Shown: in pieces, positions 32,729 to 42,474 of the stretch
How positions within the stretch are numbered: the stretch's first letter is position 1
Layout: each line of letters opens with the position of its first letter
Source: Gammaproteobacteria bacterium
GTDB lineage: Bacteria; Pseudomonadota; Gammaproteobacteria; CAKMZV01
Direction of reading: 5' to 3'
Assembly: GCA_965277625.1 (NCBI GenBank)
Contig: OZ255827.1
Location: forward strand, 1,608,550 to 1,672,549
Length of the DNA: 64,000 nt
The notes under the pieces: model-generated
What the model was told of the DNA's origin: nothing
The model's database searches: none
Seen by the model: only the letters and a program-made list of their open reading frames with translations
Made by a program: the position numbers and the translations under genes

Positions 32729-33355
32729 TTGGAATATTCAGCACTTTTTTTATTCAGCATCGCATTCTTCTTTACGCCAGGCATGAACAACACCATGATC
32801 ATGGTCTCTGGCGTTAATTACGGTTATAGAAGAAGCATTCCTCATCTCCTTGGCATTGTTTTGGGTTATCCAATATTGATTATTGCTGTTGGATTTGGTC
32901 TGGGCGCCGTTTTTATAAAGTTCCCACAACTTCACCTGATTCTGAAAATATTGGGCGTCATTTACTTGAGCTATCTCGCCTATAAAATTGCCACAACACC
33001 CCTTAATCAAACGGACAGTACCATTGGTGAACCATTCAGTTTCGTAAAAATTGCAATGCTACAATGGGTCAATCCCAAAGGTTGGGTTGGAGCGACGGTT
33101 ATGACCACGACCTATGCAGTTGCCGGCACAGATTACTTTATCCACGTATTAATCATTGCCCTGACTGCAATAACAGTCGGAATATTCAGTGCCAATACCT
33201 GGCTCATTATGGGGAATGTCATCCGTATTTGGCTCACCAATCCCTTCTGGTTAAGGCTGTTTAACTACTTAATGTCCAGCATTTTGGTGATTTCAATCTT
33301 GCCAGCGATACTTGAGCTTTATAAGCAATTAACCTCAGAAGCCCCTATTTTCTAA
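32729..33355 (+). CDS. LysE/RhtB-family translocator (exporter)
   Basis: 208-aa ORF with six predicted TMS and LysE-type N-terminal FTPGMNN. Confidence 0.75.
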   Translation: MEYSALFLFSIAFFFTPGMNNTMIMVSGVNYGYRRSIPHLLGIVLGYPILIIAVGFGLGAVFIKFPQLHLILKILGVIYLSYLAYKIATTPLNQTDSTIGEPFSFVKIAMLQWVNPKGWVGATVMTTTYAVAGTDYFIHVLIIALTAITVGIFSANTWLIMGNVIRIWLTNPFWLRLFNYLMSSILVISILPAILELYKQLTSEAPIF

Positions 33356-34368
33356 CGCAATTGTTTGATTTTTTGGTACAAGGCCTGACTGACTTGTAAT
33401 CCTTGCTGTTGTGCTCGTTGGTGTTGTGATGCTTTACGACTGCCAGGTATATAACTGCCGTGCGTCTTTAAATATTTTTTGAGTTGCTGAATCCTTTGGT
33501 CATAGCCCCCTTGACTCATGGCATTGACGTCTATGGCAATGATTGTTTGTCCCAGGTTCGGCGGAGGACCTTCATCATTGAGCAATGACGAAGCTTGACT
33601 ACTCAGATTTGAATCGGTCAGTCCACTGCTTAATATTTCAACCATCAATGCCAATAAGGCCCCTTTTTGACCACCCAAAGGCTGAAGCATCCCTTTTATT
33701 GCTTCTGCAGGGTCTTGGGTGGGTTGCCCCTTAGCGTCTAATGCCCAGGTGTCGGGTATGGTTGTGCCTTCAAAATGTGCCGCAGCTATTTTCCCCCTCG
33801 CAACGGTTGATAAAGCCATGTCAATGACAATGGGGGCTTGGTCTTTGACGGGCGCGGCAAATGCAATGGGGTTGGTCCCCAACATGGGTATTTTGGCGGG
33901 TGGAATTGGCATGGCCGTGGGTGAATTGCCAAAAATCAAAGCGAGAAATCCGCTTTTAGCCAGCTTTTCACAAGGGGCAGACGCTTGTCCAAAGTGGTGC
34001 GATTTATGTATAGAGATGGCAGCAATCCCCAACTTTTCAGCCTTTTCGGTGAGTAGGTCCACAGCCAAGTCAAGGGCAGGGAAAGCAAATCCATACTGTG
34101 CGTCGATACGGTCTATGGCGGGGAGGATATTTTGAGCAAGGGGTTGGGCATGGCCATTGATTTTGCCATTGCGCACCTGAGGCACATAGGTCATCAGGCG
34201 ACTCAATCCGTGACCGTATTGGCCTTCAATTTCTGCTTTGAGCAAAGCATTCGCAACGCTCACTGCATTGGAATCGGATGTTTTGTTCGCAATCAACGTT
34301 GAATGAATCAGAGAATAAACGTCGTCAATCTTTAAACTAATGTGGGAGGAGTGTGATTTTTGCTGCAT
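33352..34368 (-). CDS. Ldh_2 (malate/L-lactate dehydrogenase 2) family oxidoreductase, ComC-like sulfolactate dehydrogenase candidate
   Basis: 338-aa ORF with Ldh_2 motifs (EGQYGHGLSRL, HHFG). It lies at the end of the hpsN-suyAB operon. Confidence 0.65.
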   Translation of the reverse strand: MQQKSHSSHISLKIDDVYSLIHSTLIANKTSDSNAVSVANALLKAEIEGQYGHGLSRLMTYVPQVRNGKINGHAQPLAQNILPAIDRIDAQYGFAFPALDLAVDLLTEKAEKLGIAAISIHKSHHFGQASAPCEKLAKSGFLALIFGNSPTAMPIPPAKIPMLGTNPIAFAAPVKDQAPIVIDMALSTVARGKIAAAHFEGTTIPDTWALDAKGQPTQDPAEAIKGMLQPLGGQKGALLALMVEILSSGLTDSNLSSQASSLLNDEGPPPNLGQTIIAIDVNAMSQGGYDQRIQQLKKYLKTHGSYIPGSRKASQHQRAQQQGLQVSQALYQKIKQLR

Positions 34369-35332
34369 CGATTTGCCCTGAATGAATGTCTTTGAACCCT
34401 TGCTGACCTTCAGCCAAGGGTCGTTCTTGTATCCATTGATAGTCGCTTATAGCATGATGGGTCAGTAAATCAAGCGCTTCTCTCATTTCCAACATGGTAT
34501 AGGTGTAAACGCCAGCAAAAGTAATTTCTGCTAAGGTTAGCCGACGGGCATCAAATGTCCCCTCACCTTGTTGCAAACCAATATGGATCACACACCCCCC
34601 AGCATGAACACATTGCATGGCACTGGTTCGTGTAGCATGGCTTCCAACAGCATCGAAGACCTGATGGTAGGTATTGGCTTCTAATGTATCCTTCAGAGGG
34701 TTTAACGCTGTGCAATTGACTGAAGCTTGAGCCATCTTTAACCGTTGTTCACTGGTTTCGGAAATGGTGATGTCCTTGACCCCAAAATGTTGTAGGATTA
34801 AAGCGGTGATCAACCCAATGGCGCCCGCTCCAATGACCAAACATTTTTGATCTTCCAAAGCGCACAAATTCGGTAATTTTTTGGCCAATTTAACTGCATG
34901 TAAACAGACAGCTGTTGGCTCGCACAAAGAAGCGATGGTATAAGAGACCGCTTCTGCAAAAGGAATCACACACTTAGCTGGAATGGTTAGATATTGAGCA
35001 AAGCTCCCAGGTCGAGTCATGCCAATCATGGTTCGATTGCAACAAAGGTTATCGCGCCCACTCGTACAAAAAACACAGTGCCCACAAGTAATGAGCGGAT
35101 TAACCGTCACTTTTTTCCCTTTATGGGCACCTTCAATCACCCGCCCTGCCATTTCGTGACCCAATATTAATGGCGGATTTCGGCGCGAGTCATGACCGTG
35201 CCAAGCGTGCATGTCTGAACCACAAATGCCTGCTGCTTTGACTTCAATCAAAGATTCCCCTGCTTGCAAAGTGGGGGTTGGAACGTCTTGAAAAGTGGTT
35301 TGGTGCGGGGCTGTATAGACCAACGCTTTCAT
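34337..35332 (-). CDS. Zn-dependent medium-chain alcohol dehydrogenase (HpsP-like DHPS 2-dehydrogenase candidate)
   Basis: 331-aa ORF with a GHE catalytic zinc site, structural zinc cysteines (CGHCVFCTSG) and a GAGAIG NAD fold. Confidence 0.7.
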   Translation of the reverse strand: MKALVYTAPHQTTFQDVPTPTLQAGESLIEVKAAGICGSDMHAWHGHDSRRNPPLILGHEMAGRVIEGAHKGKKVTVNPLITCGHCVFCTSGRDNLCCNRTMIGMTRPGSFAQYLTIPAKCVIPFAEAVSYTIASLCEPTAVCLHAVKLAKKLPNLCALEDQKCLVIGAGAIGLITALILQHFGVKDITISETSEQRLKMAQASVNCTALNPLKDTLEANTYHQVFDAVGSHATRTSAMQCVHAGGCVIHIGLQQGEGTFDARRLTLAEITFAGVYTYTMLEMREALDLLTHHAISDYQWIQERPLAEGQQGFKDIHSGQIDAAKITLLPH

Positions 35333-36102
35333 AATGCTGAGAACCCACCATCGATAAAAATGGTTTGTCCAGTAATATAATCACTGGCATGTGAGGCTAA
35401 GAACAGACTAATACCTTCTAAGTCTGCCATCTCACCATTGCGTTTCATTGCAGTTTTATCTGAATTTTGGGACGCCCATTTTGGGTCATTAAAAACTGGT
35501 GCAGTCAGCTCTGTTGGAAAAAATCCTGGCGCAATGGCATTTGCACAAATGCCTGAAGCTGACCACGCTTGAGCCATGGCCCGAGTCAGTTGAACCACGC
35601 CACCTTTAGACGTACCATAAGGAATGCTGTTGGCAAATGCCCGCTGAGATTGCAAAGATGCAATGTTGATGATTTTTCCCCAGCCTTTTTTTTGCATGGC
35701 GGGCACGATCGATTGCGCTAAAAAGAAAGGGATTTTCAAATTTATATTTAGGGTTTGATCCCACGATTTTGGACTGATTTCAGCTGAGGATTCACGCAAA
35801 TTTATACCAGCCACATTGGCCAATATATCAACTTGTGTTAATTGATGTGTTTGAACAAAATCAGCCCATGACTGAACTTGGCACAAGTCAGCAACTATTT
35901 TACGCGGTGCGGGTGCCGATTCAAATTGGGCAATATCGTCAATGGTTTGCTGTAAGGATTCGTCCCGACGTCCTAATAAAATGACGTGGGAACCCGCTTT
36001 TGCCAATGTCATCGACATTTGCCGCCCTATGCCTGAACCCGCACCTGTGACTAAACTGGTGGTGCCTTTTAGAGAGAATAAAGCACTGATCCCACTATCC
36101 AT
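35329..36102 (-). CDS. SDR-family oxidoreductase (HpsO-like DHPS 2-dehydrogenase candidate)
   Basis: 257-aa ORF with TGAGSGIG, NVAG and YGTSK motifs. Its stop overlaps the Zn-ADH start (ATGA). Confidence 0.7.
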   Translation of the reverse strand: MDSGISALFSLKGTTSLVTGAGSGIGRQMSMTLAKAGSHVILLGRRDESLQQTIDDIAQFESAPAPRKIVADLCQVQSWADFVQTHQLTQVDILANVAGINLRESSAEISPKSWDQTLNINLKIPFFLAQSIVPAMQKKGWGKIINIASLQSQRAFANSIPYGTSKGGVVQLTRAMAQAWSASGICANAIAPGFFPTELTAPVFNDPKWASQNSDKTAMKRNGEMADLEGISLFLASHASDYITGQTIFIDGGFSAL

Positions 36103-36106
36103 AGGC

Positions 36107-37408
36107 TTAATATTGTAATCTATAGGTTTGGTCGGGGAAATATTTGGCTAAACGAACATCAGCCGTCCGAGCATGAGCTTCCATACCTTCTAAGCGTGAA
36201 ATTCTGGCACAGCTCGTTGCAATTTCTGGCACGGCTTTTTTGTCCAATTTTTGATAGGTTAAAACTTTGACAAATTTTGCCACCGAAAGCCCGCCAGTAT
36301 ATCGCGCAGCGCCTTTGGTTGGCAATACGTGATTGGGTCCAGAACATTTATCACCAAAAGCAACCGTCGTTTCTTCGCCTAAAAACAAAGAACCATAGTT
36401 ATTCAGATTTTCTAACCACCAATCCAGGTTTTCAGTTTGTACTTGCAAGTGTTCTGCGGCATACTGATCACTGACTTGAACCATTTCATCAGCCGTTGAA
36501 CATAGAACCACTTCACCGTAATTTTCCCAAGACACCGAAGCTGTTTTGGCCGTATCTTCGGGCAATTTTTGGATGATTTCTGGAACCAACTCAATGACTT
36601 TTTTAGCCAGAGCTTCATCATCAGTGATGAGCCATGCAGGAGAATCTAAACCATGCTCGGCTTGTCCAACCAAATCTGTTGCAACGATGTTTGCATCGGC
36701 AGATTTGTCTGCAATGATGGCAATTTCAGTCGGTCCAGCAAAAATATCAATCCCAGTTTTACCAAATAACAAGCGTTTGGCTTCAGCCACAAATCGATTG
36801 CCAGGACCAACTAGAATGTTCACCGGTTTAACATCAAACAAACCATAGGCCATAGCCGCAATGCCTTGAACCCCACCAAGTGCCAGAATTTTATCAGCGC
36901 CACAATAGCTCATGGTATATAAAATATAAGGATTGATGCCTTGCTCGGGTCTGGGCGGTGAGACAGCCACAACCTGTTCAACGCCAGCGACCTTAGCCGT
37001 CGCAATGCTCATAATGGCCGAAGCAATATGCGCATAACGCCCGCCTGGCACATAACAACCTGCACTCTGCATAGGACGTACAATTTGTCCAGCAATCACG
37101 CCAGGTTTGATGACTTCCTCAAAGGTGTGGATGCTGTTCAATTGCGCTTGGGCAAAAGTTGTGACATTATCAAATGCATAAGCTATGTCGTCTTTGATCG
37201 CCTGCGGAATATTCTTGTTGTTCTCAGCAATTTCTTCCTCTGTCACAACAATATTGCCCGTCCAGTTATCCAAAGTTTTTGCATATTGAATGGCCGCTGG
37301 TTCGCGATTGGTCTCAATATCGCTGAGCATTTGTTTGACGATGTCCTGGACTTCATTTTCACCCGAAGTCGGTTGTTTAATGGATTTTTTCAAATAGCTT
37401 ATAGACAC
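36107..37408 (-). CDS. hpsN: Histidinol-dehydrogenase-family DHPS 3-dehydrogenase (sulfopropanediol 3-dehydrogenase)
   Basis: 433-aa HisD-fold protein (GPGN-FV-EAK, QAEH). It lies between suyB and the DHPS 2-dehydrogenase candidates, away from any his operon. Confidence 0.7.
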   Translation of the reverse strand: MSISYLKKSIKQPTSGENEVQDIVKQMLSDIETNREPAAIQYAKTLDNWTGNIVVTEEEIAENNKNIPQAIKDDIAYAFDNVTTFAQAQLNSIHTFEEVIKPGVIAGQIVRPMQSAGCYVPGGRYAHIASAIMSIATAKVAGVEQVVAVSPPRPEQGINPYILYTMSYCGADKILALGGVQGIAAMAYGLFDVKPVNILVGPGNRFVAEAKRLLFGKTGIDIFAGPTEIAIIADKSADANIVATDLVGQAEHGLDSPAWLITDDEALAKKVIELVPEIIQKLPEDTAKTASVSWENYGEVVLCSTADEMVQVSDQYAAEHLQVQTENLDWWLENLNNYGSLFLGEETTVAFGDKCSGPNHVLPTKGAARYTGGLSVAKFVKVLTYQKLDKKAVPEIATSCARISRLEGMEAHARTADVRLAKYFPDQTYRLQY

Positions 37409-38574
37409 TACGCGCTCCTATAGAGTTTGGTCATAACGAATTCTTTATGTCCTAAGGCTTCTGCCGCAGTATATCGACCATTGGCCGTTTGAACCATATT
37501 TTCAATTAGCGCATCACCCGCTTCTGAAATGGTCATTTCCCGACGCAGCACACCCGAAACATCGACGTCAACGTGTTCTGACATGGTGCGAACGGTTCGT
37601 GGATTTCCAGTGATTTTAATCACTGGAACAATGGGATTGCCAATAACATTGCCTTGACCCGTTGGGAAAGTATGAATGACGTAACCCGCGGCAGCCATCA
37701 ATGTCACACACTCAGCCGCCGCTGAAGAGGTGTCCATAAAGTATAAACCTTGACCTTTGCTTGGGGCTTCGGCGGGTTCTAATACATCGATGTATTTAAC
37801 ATTTCGTCCTATTTTTTCTAAATTGCCCAGCGCTTTTTCCTCAATGGTGGTCAATCCCCCTTCAATATTGCCTTTGGTGGGTTGAGAATCGGAAAGATCA
37901 GAGGTTTTAAAAGGTTCAATCACATCATCCTGGTACGCCTGCCAAGTCTTCATGAACTTTTCACCCGTTGCTGTGTCATGTGCCCGTTTCACACACAAAT
38001 GTTCAGCCCCAGTCAATTCTGAGGTCTCACCAAAGACGCCGTAAAGCCCCTGAGGAATGAGTTTGTCATACATGTTGCCAACGGCTGGACAAGAAGCCAG
38101 ACCCGTTGTGGTATCAGATTCTCCACACTTAGTCGATACCCACAATTCAGATATATCACACGGCTCACGCAACAAAGCTGTTGCATGATGAACGTACTCT
38201 TTTGCCACCTTAGAAGCCGCTGCAACTGTCGCTATGTCGCCGTTCTGTTCAATGTGAAAACCAGTAACGGGTTTACCCGTTTTAGCGATGCCATCCACAA
38301 TGATTTTAGTCCAATGTGGTTCAATGCCAATCACCACCACCGCAGCAATATTGGGATTGGATCCAGTCCCAATGAGGGTGCGAAAATGCAATTCTAAATC
38401 TTCACCAAACTGCAATCGCCCATAAGCGTGTGGTAATGCAACGGTGCCCTTAATATTATTTGCAACCGCTTCACAGGCGGCGTTTGAAATATCATCCACG
38501 GGCAATATAGCGACGTAATTACGTACGCCAACCCGATTATTCTCTCTACGATAACCCCAAATACTTTGTGTCAT
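37408..38574 (-). CDS. suyB: (2R)-sulfolactate sulfo-lyase large subunit (UxaA/GarD C-terminal-domain family)
   Basis: 388-aa ORF in the altronate-dehydratase C-terminal family, immediately after a SAF-domain small subunit. This arrangement is typical of SuyAB. Confidence 0.75.
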   Translation of the reverse strand: MTQSIWGYRRENNRVGVRNYVAILPVDDISNAACEAVANNIKGTVALPHAYGRLQFGEDLELHFRTLIGTGSNPNIAAVVVIGIEPHWTKIIVDGIAKTGKPVTGFHIEQNGDIATVAAASKVAKEYVHHATALLREPCDISELWVSTKCGESDTTTGLASCPAVGNMYDKLIPQGLYGVFGETSELTGAEHLCVKRAHDTATGEKFMKTWQAYQDDVIEPFKTSDLSDSQPTKGNIEGGLTTIEEKALGNLEKIGRNVKYIDVLEPAEAPSKGQGLYFMDTSSAAAECVTLMAAAGYVIHTFPTGQGNVIGNPIVPVIKITGNPRTVRTMSEHVDVDVSGVLRREMTISEAGDALIENMVQTANGRYTAAEALGHKEFVMTKLYRSA

Positions 38575-38583
38575 GATTGTCTC

Positions 38584-38871
38584 CTACCAACGTTTGGTTT
38601 TTAAATTGTGTGTGTGAACGTGATCGCCTTTTTTAATCTTGGCAATCACCTTACCGATGTCTTCACCGTATTTTATAACTGTATCGCCCACTTCAAAATC
38701 AGTCAAAGCAATTTTGTGACCGATTGGAACATCGTGATTAGATAACATATTCAAGTCTGAGTTGTCCTCAGTAATCACACACAAGAGCTGGGATTGGGCT
38801 TTTAGTCCCTCCACCACAACAACGCCGACGTTGTCTCCTTTATCATGGATTAATAATTGTGGAATTTTCAT
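38584..38871 (-). CDS. suyA: (2R)-sulfolactate sulfo-lyase small subunit (SAF domain)
   Basis: SAF-domain ORF. Start placed at MKIPQLLIHDKGDNVGV (38871), which is preceded by AAGGAT, rather than at the upstream Met at 38901. Confidence 0.7.
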   Translation of the reverse strand: MKIPQLLIHDKGDNVGVVVVEGLKAQSQLLCVITEDNSDLNMLSNHDVPIGHKIALTDFEVGDTVIKYGEDIGKVIAKIKKGDHVHTHNLKTKRW

Positions 38872-39046
38872 GATTAATATCCTTATCGTTAAGTTAATCA
38901 ATGATGCATTTTGTGCATCAACCTATATAAACAGTTGTTGAATTGTCATCAACCCACTGTTGTTGAAAATGGCTCATACTTAATCATCATCAAGCATGAG
39001 CGTAAAACAGCAATCCGAGGAGGACTGCCGCCTCAACCTTTGACGG

Positions 39047-40363
39047 TTAAGAGTTTAAATAATTTGGTAGCCAGAGGGCAATTTGAGGGAAGGTAATGAT
39101 CAGTGCCAATCCTATCACTTGGATAACCATGAACTGCATCATGCCTTTGTAAATATCTTTTAGATCCCACTCGGGTACAACGCCCTTCAAAAAGTAGGCG
39201 GACAGCGCCACCGGCGGTGACAGCCAAGCTGTTTGCAAATTAACGGCGACCAATATGCCAAACCACGTTAAATTAAATCCAAGTTGTTCAACCAAAGGCA
39301 ACAATATTGGTACGATGATGAGTACGATTGGTACCCATTCTAAGGGCCAACCCAATAAGAATATGACCGCCATAATCATCACTAAGACCAGTATGGGTGG
39401 CATGTCAAGATGCAGCAACATCTCTGTCAACATGGTGGGTGTGCCTAAACGTGAAAATACTGCACCAAAAAAGTTTGAAGCCGCAACAAGCACCAAAATC
39501 AGAGCTGAAATCTCTAAGGTTTTAACCAAGGCTTCGTGAAAATTGGACCAAGAAAATTTTCTGTAGGCAAAGGTCAATAAAACCGCACCGAATGCGCCCA
39601 TCGCCGCACCTTCTGTGGGTGTGGCCAAACCAAATAAAATACTGCCTAAGGCAAAGCCGACCAACGCACTTGGTGGAACCAATCCGAGAATAAAATCTTT
39701 AAAGACTTCCATATTCGATTGGGCTCTAAACTCTTCGCTCAACTTAGGTCCTAATGCGGGATTTAGATAACAACGAATCAAGGCGTATGCCGTATATAGA
39801 AAAGCCAGCATGGCGCCAGGAATGATCGCCGCGGCAAATAAATCTGTGACAGGCACTTCTAAAATGGGACCCATAACGACTAACATAATGCTGGGTGGAA
39901 TGAGTATGCCTAAGGTGCCCCCTGCGGTAATCGTCCCAGCAGATAACTGAACATCATAATTTGATTTATTCATTGTGCGAGCGGCCATAATACCCAAAAT
40001 GGTGACCGATGCGCCAACAATACCCGTTGCTGCCGCAAATATTGTAGAAACGAATAGCACAGCAACGAACAAGGCGCCATTGACTCGAGATAACATGCGC
40101 TGGATGGAGTCAAACAATTGTTCCATCAGCCCCGCTTTTTCCATCAGAATGCCCATGAAAATGAACAAGGGCACCGCAGACAAGGTCTGCTCTAACATGA
40201 CATTATTAAATTGGAATGTCATCAAATAGAATACAAGATCACCAAAACCTAAATAGCCAAATACCAGTCCCAAAAAGATCAGTGTAAAAGATATGGGAAA
40301 ACCAATAAAGATGGCAAACAACATGATGCCAATGAGAATAACACCGAGAATTTCAGGAGACAT
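39047..40363 (-). CDS. TRAP transporter large permease (DctM family)
   Basis: 438-aa protein with a typical DctM 12-TMS layout. Confidence 0.9.
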   Translation of the reverse strand: MSPEILGVILIGIMLFAIFIGFPISFTLIFLGLVFGYLGFGDLVFYLMTFQFNNVMLEQTLSAVPLFIFMGILMEKAGLMEQLFDSIQRMLSRVNGALFVAVLFVSTIFAAATGIVGASVTILGIMAARTMNKSNYDVQLSAGTITAGGTLGILIPPSIMLVVMGPILEVPVTDLFAAAIIPGAMLAFLYTAYALIRCYLNPALGPKLSEEFRAQSNMEVFKDFILGLVPPSALVGFALGSILFGLATPTEGAAMGAFGAVLLTFAYRKFSWSNFHEALVKTLEISALILVLVAASNFFGAVFSRLGTPTMLTEMLLHLDMPPILVLVMIMAVIFLLGWPLEWVPIVLIIVPILLPLVEQLGFNLTWFGILVAVNLQTAWLSPPVALSAYFLKGVVPEWDLKDIYKGMMQFMVIQVIGLALIITFPQIALWLPNYLNS

Positions 40364-40418
40364 TTTTTAAATTCCTAATAGGTTGGGTTCATAAAGTGTA
40401 TTCATACGATGCGTTGAC

Positions 40419-41024
40419 TTAAGGCCAACGATTGTGCTTGATCGTGTAAAAACATTGAAGCAATTCGGACACGCCTTGTATCAATAAAAATGCCGTACCA
40501 ATGGGTATGGCTGATTTAATGGGTCCCATGTGCGGCATCCAAGCGGTGTCCATGCCTAATTCACCTCTGTCCCAAGCGTCGTAGGAAAAATCATATCCCA
40601 CTAATAAAAAGATAAACAACCCAGGGAAATAAAAGAGCAGATACAACAATGTATCAATGCTGGCTTGGACTTTGGGTTGCCAATTACGGTAAATAAAATC
40701 GGCCCTAATGTGCACCCCTCGCATCAGTGCATAACCGGCACCAAGCATAAACAGCGCCCCATAAAACATTCGACTGATGTCATAGGCCCAAGCAGTGGGT
40801 GCCAAGAAAAACTTACGGGCAATAATTTCGTAAGTCATGGCAAGCATAATCGGGATGGTTAACCAACAAACGATGTTGCCAACCCAATAACTAAACCGGT
40901 TAATGCCAACGATGGTTTTACTCATCCACGTCAGCATATCTTCCGGCATTTCAAAAGCAGATTTCCGTTCGGCAATCAGCTCGTCGGTTATATCTAACTT
41001 TTCAATATCTACTTGATCTGGCAT
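40419..41024 (-). CDS. TRAP transporter small permease (DctQ family)
   Basis: 201-aa protein with four TMS, located between the DctP and DctM genes. Confidence 0.85.
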   Translation of the reverse strand: MPDQVDIEKLDITDELIAERKSAFEMPEDMLTWMSKTIVGINRFSYWVGNIVCWLTIPIMLAMTYEIIARKFFLAPTAWAYDISRMFYGALFMLGAGYALMRGVHIRADFIYRNWQPKVQASIDTLLYLLFYFPGLFIFLLVGYDFSYDAWDRGELGMDTAWMPHMGPIKSAIPIGTAFLLIQGVSELLQCFYTIKHNRWP

Positions 41025-41093
41025 TTGATTATCTAAAAATTGGTTAACTAAAAAACAAAGCCCTGCTTGAAAATCAAGCAGGGCTTTAAAAGG

Positions 41094-42197
41094 TTACTTA
41101 TTGCGTGCTTTAATTTCGTCAGCGTACGCTTGTCCGAGTTTCGCATTTGACGTTTGTGAACCTGCCCAATAAGGTACAGCGATGTCAGCAAACGCTTTTT
41201 GAGAATCCCATACTTTCTTAAAGAAAGCATTTTCTTTAGCATTCTTGGCTAAAGAAGCTTTGGCGGCTGCCATGTACTCAGGGAAGTAATCGGATGGTGT
41301 ATCATGTAGTTGAACGCCATGATTCTCAACCAAATCTTTTAGAGCTTTACCATTTTCAAAAATGCGATAAGCCAATGCACGCATCAAAGAAGCATCCGCA
41401 GCAACTTCCATTGCGCGTTGTTGATGCTTGGTTAGGCTACGCCATACTTTACCATTGATGTACATATCAGCATTGACGACCACTTGGTGTAAACCTTGAA
41501 GATAGTAGTGTTTCAAAACTTTTTGGAAACCAAACACACTGTCAGGTTTTGGACAACACCATTCAGCAGCGTCGATCGTACCTTTTTGTAGTGCGGGAAG
41601 AATGTCACCACCACCCATAGCAACAGAAGCAATGCCAATGTCTTTATAAGTTTGACCTGGAATGCCTGGAGGTGTACGGAAGCGATATTTACGGAAATCT
41701 TCCATGCTGTTAATTGGCTCTTTAAACCAACCAAGTGCTTCAGGACCAACAGGTTGAAGCATCAGACCTTTGATGTCCATCTTCATTTCTTTCCAAAGAT
41801 CAACATAAAGCTCTTTACCGCCACCAAACATGTACCAAGAGATGAAGGCAATGTTATCAATCCCAACACCTGCACCAGCTACTGGTGAACCAAATAAGGC
41901 CGCTGCAGGATGGTAACCTGACCAGTAATGCGTCCAAGCAAAACCACCATCTACCAAACCTTTATTAACAGCTTCCAGGGTTTCTTTCACGCCAACGACA
42001 GCGCCAGCAGGCAAGATTTCAATCTTTACACTGCCATTAGTGAGTGCTGAGACATTATCCGCAAAATCTTTTAACATGACGACTTCGTCAGCTTTTGTGG
42101 GTAATACCGATTGCACCTTAATAGTGACGTTCTTTGCTTGTGCGGTAATGGCAATAGCAGAGAAACAAATGAGCATCATTCGAACAATAATTTTCAT
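41094..42197 (-). CDS. TRAP transporter substrate-binding protein (DctP family; HpsK-like)
   Basis: 367-aa protein with a signal peptide and the DctP-family fold. First gene of the TRAP operon, divergent from the IclR regulator. Confidence 0.9.
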   Translation of the reverse strand: MKIIVRMMLICFSAIAITAQAKNVTIKVQSVLPTKADEVVMLKDFADNVSALTNGSVKIEILPAGAVVGVKETLEAVNKGLVDGGFAWTHYWSGYHPAAALFGSPVAGAGVGIDNIAFISWYMFGGGKELYVDLWKEMKMDIKGLMLQPVGPEALGWFKEPINSMEDFRKYRFRTPPGIPGQTYKDIGIASVAMGGGDILPALQKGTIDAAEWCCPKPDSVFGFQKVLKHYYLQGLHQVVVNADMYINGKVWRSLTKHQQRAMEVAADASLMRALAYRIFENGKALKDLVENHGVQLHDTPSDYFPEYMAAAKASLAKNAKENAFFKKVWDSQKAFADIAVPYWAGSQTSNAKLGQAYADEIKARNK

Positions 42198-42384
42198 AAT
42201 ATATCCTTTTTCGATCAGTTCTTGAAAACATAGTGAACACCTAATTGTATTGCCTCCAAAGAGCCATCAATTATGTAGTCACTGTTAAATCTGAAATACT
42301 GGCGTGACAAAATATCACTCAGCAAACATTTTTCAACTCTATCACAGCAATAATTCATGTGTCAATAAAAACCAATGCAATTTA

Positions 42385-42416
42385 TAAAAAATGAGACTTG
42401 GCGTCTCATTTTTTGC
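42385..42416. promoter_or_regulatory. Perfect 12-bp inverted repeat (AAAAAATGAGAC-N5-GTCTCATTTTTT) in the hpsK/hpsR divergent region
   Basis: Directly visible in the sequence. It is either the operator for the adjacent IclR regulator or a bidirectional terminator-like hairpin. Confidence 0.45.
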
Positions 42417-42474
42417 ATTTTTTAATAAAATAATTGATAATAAAAGGTCTGAACTGTTCGATAAAGAGGCCAAG

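Noticed and set aside
41048-41242. 64-aa ORF overlapping the 3' end of the TRAP receptor gene
   Set aside because: It is the same strand in a different frame, fully overlaps a well-supported gene, and has no motifs.
42391-42474. Upstream Met extending the IclR regulator ORF by 28 codons
   Set aside because: The extension runs through the 12-bp inverted-repeat hairpin and is hydrophobic junk. The downstream Met at 42475 has a good SD (AAAGAGG) and gives a normal-length IclR protein.
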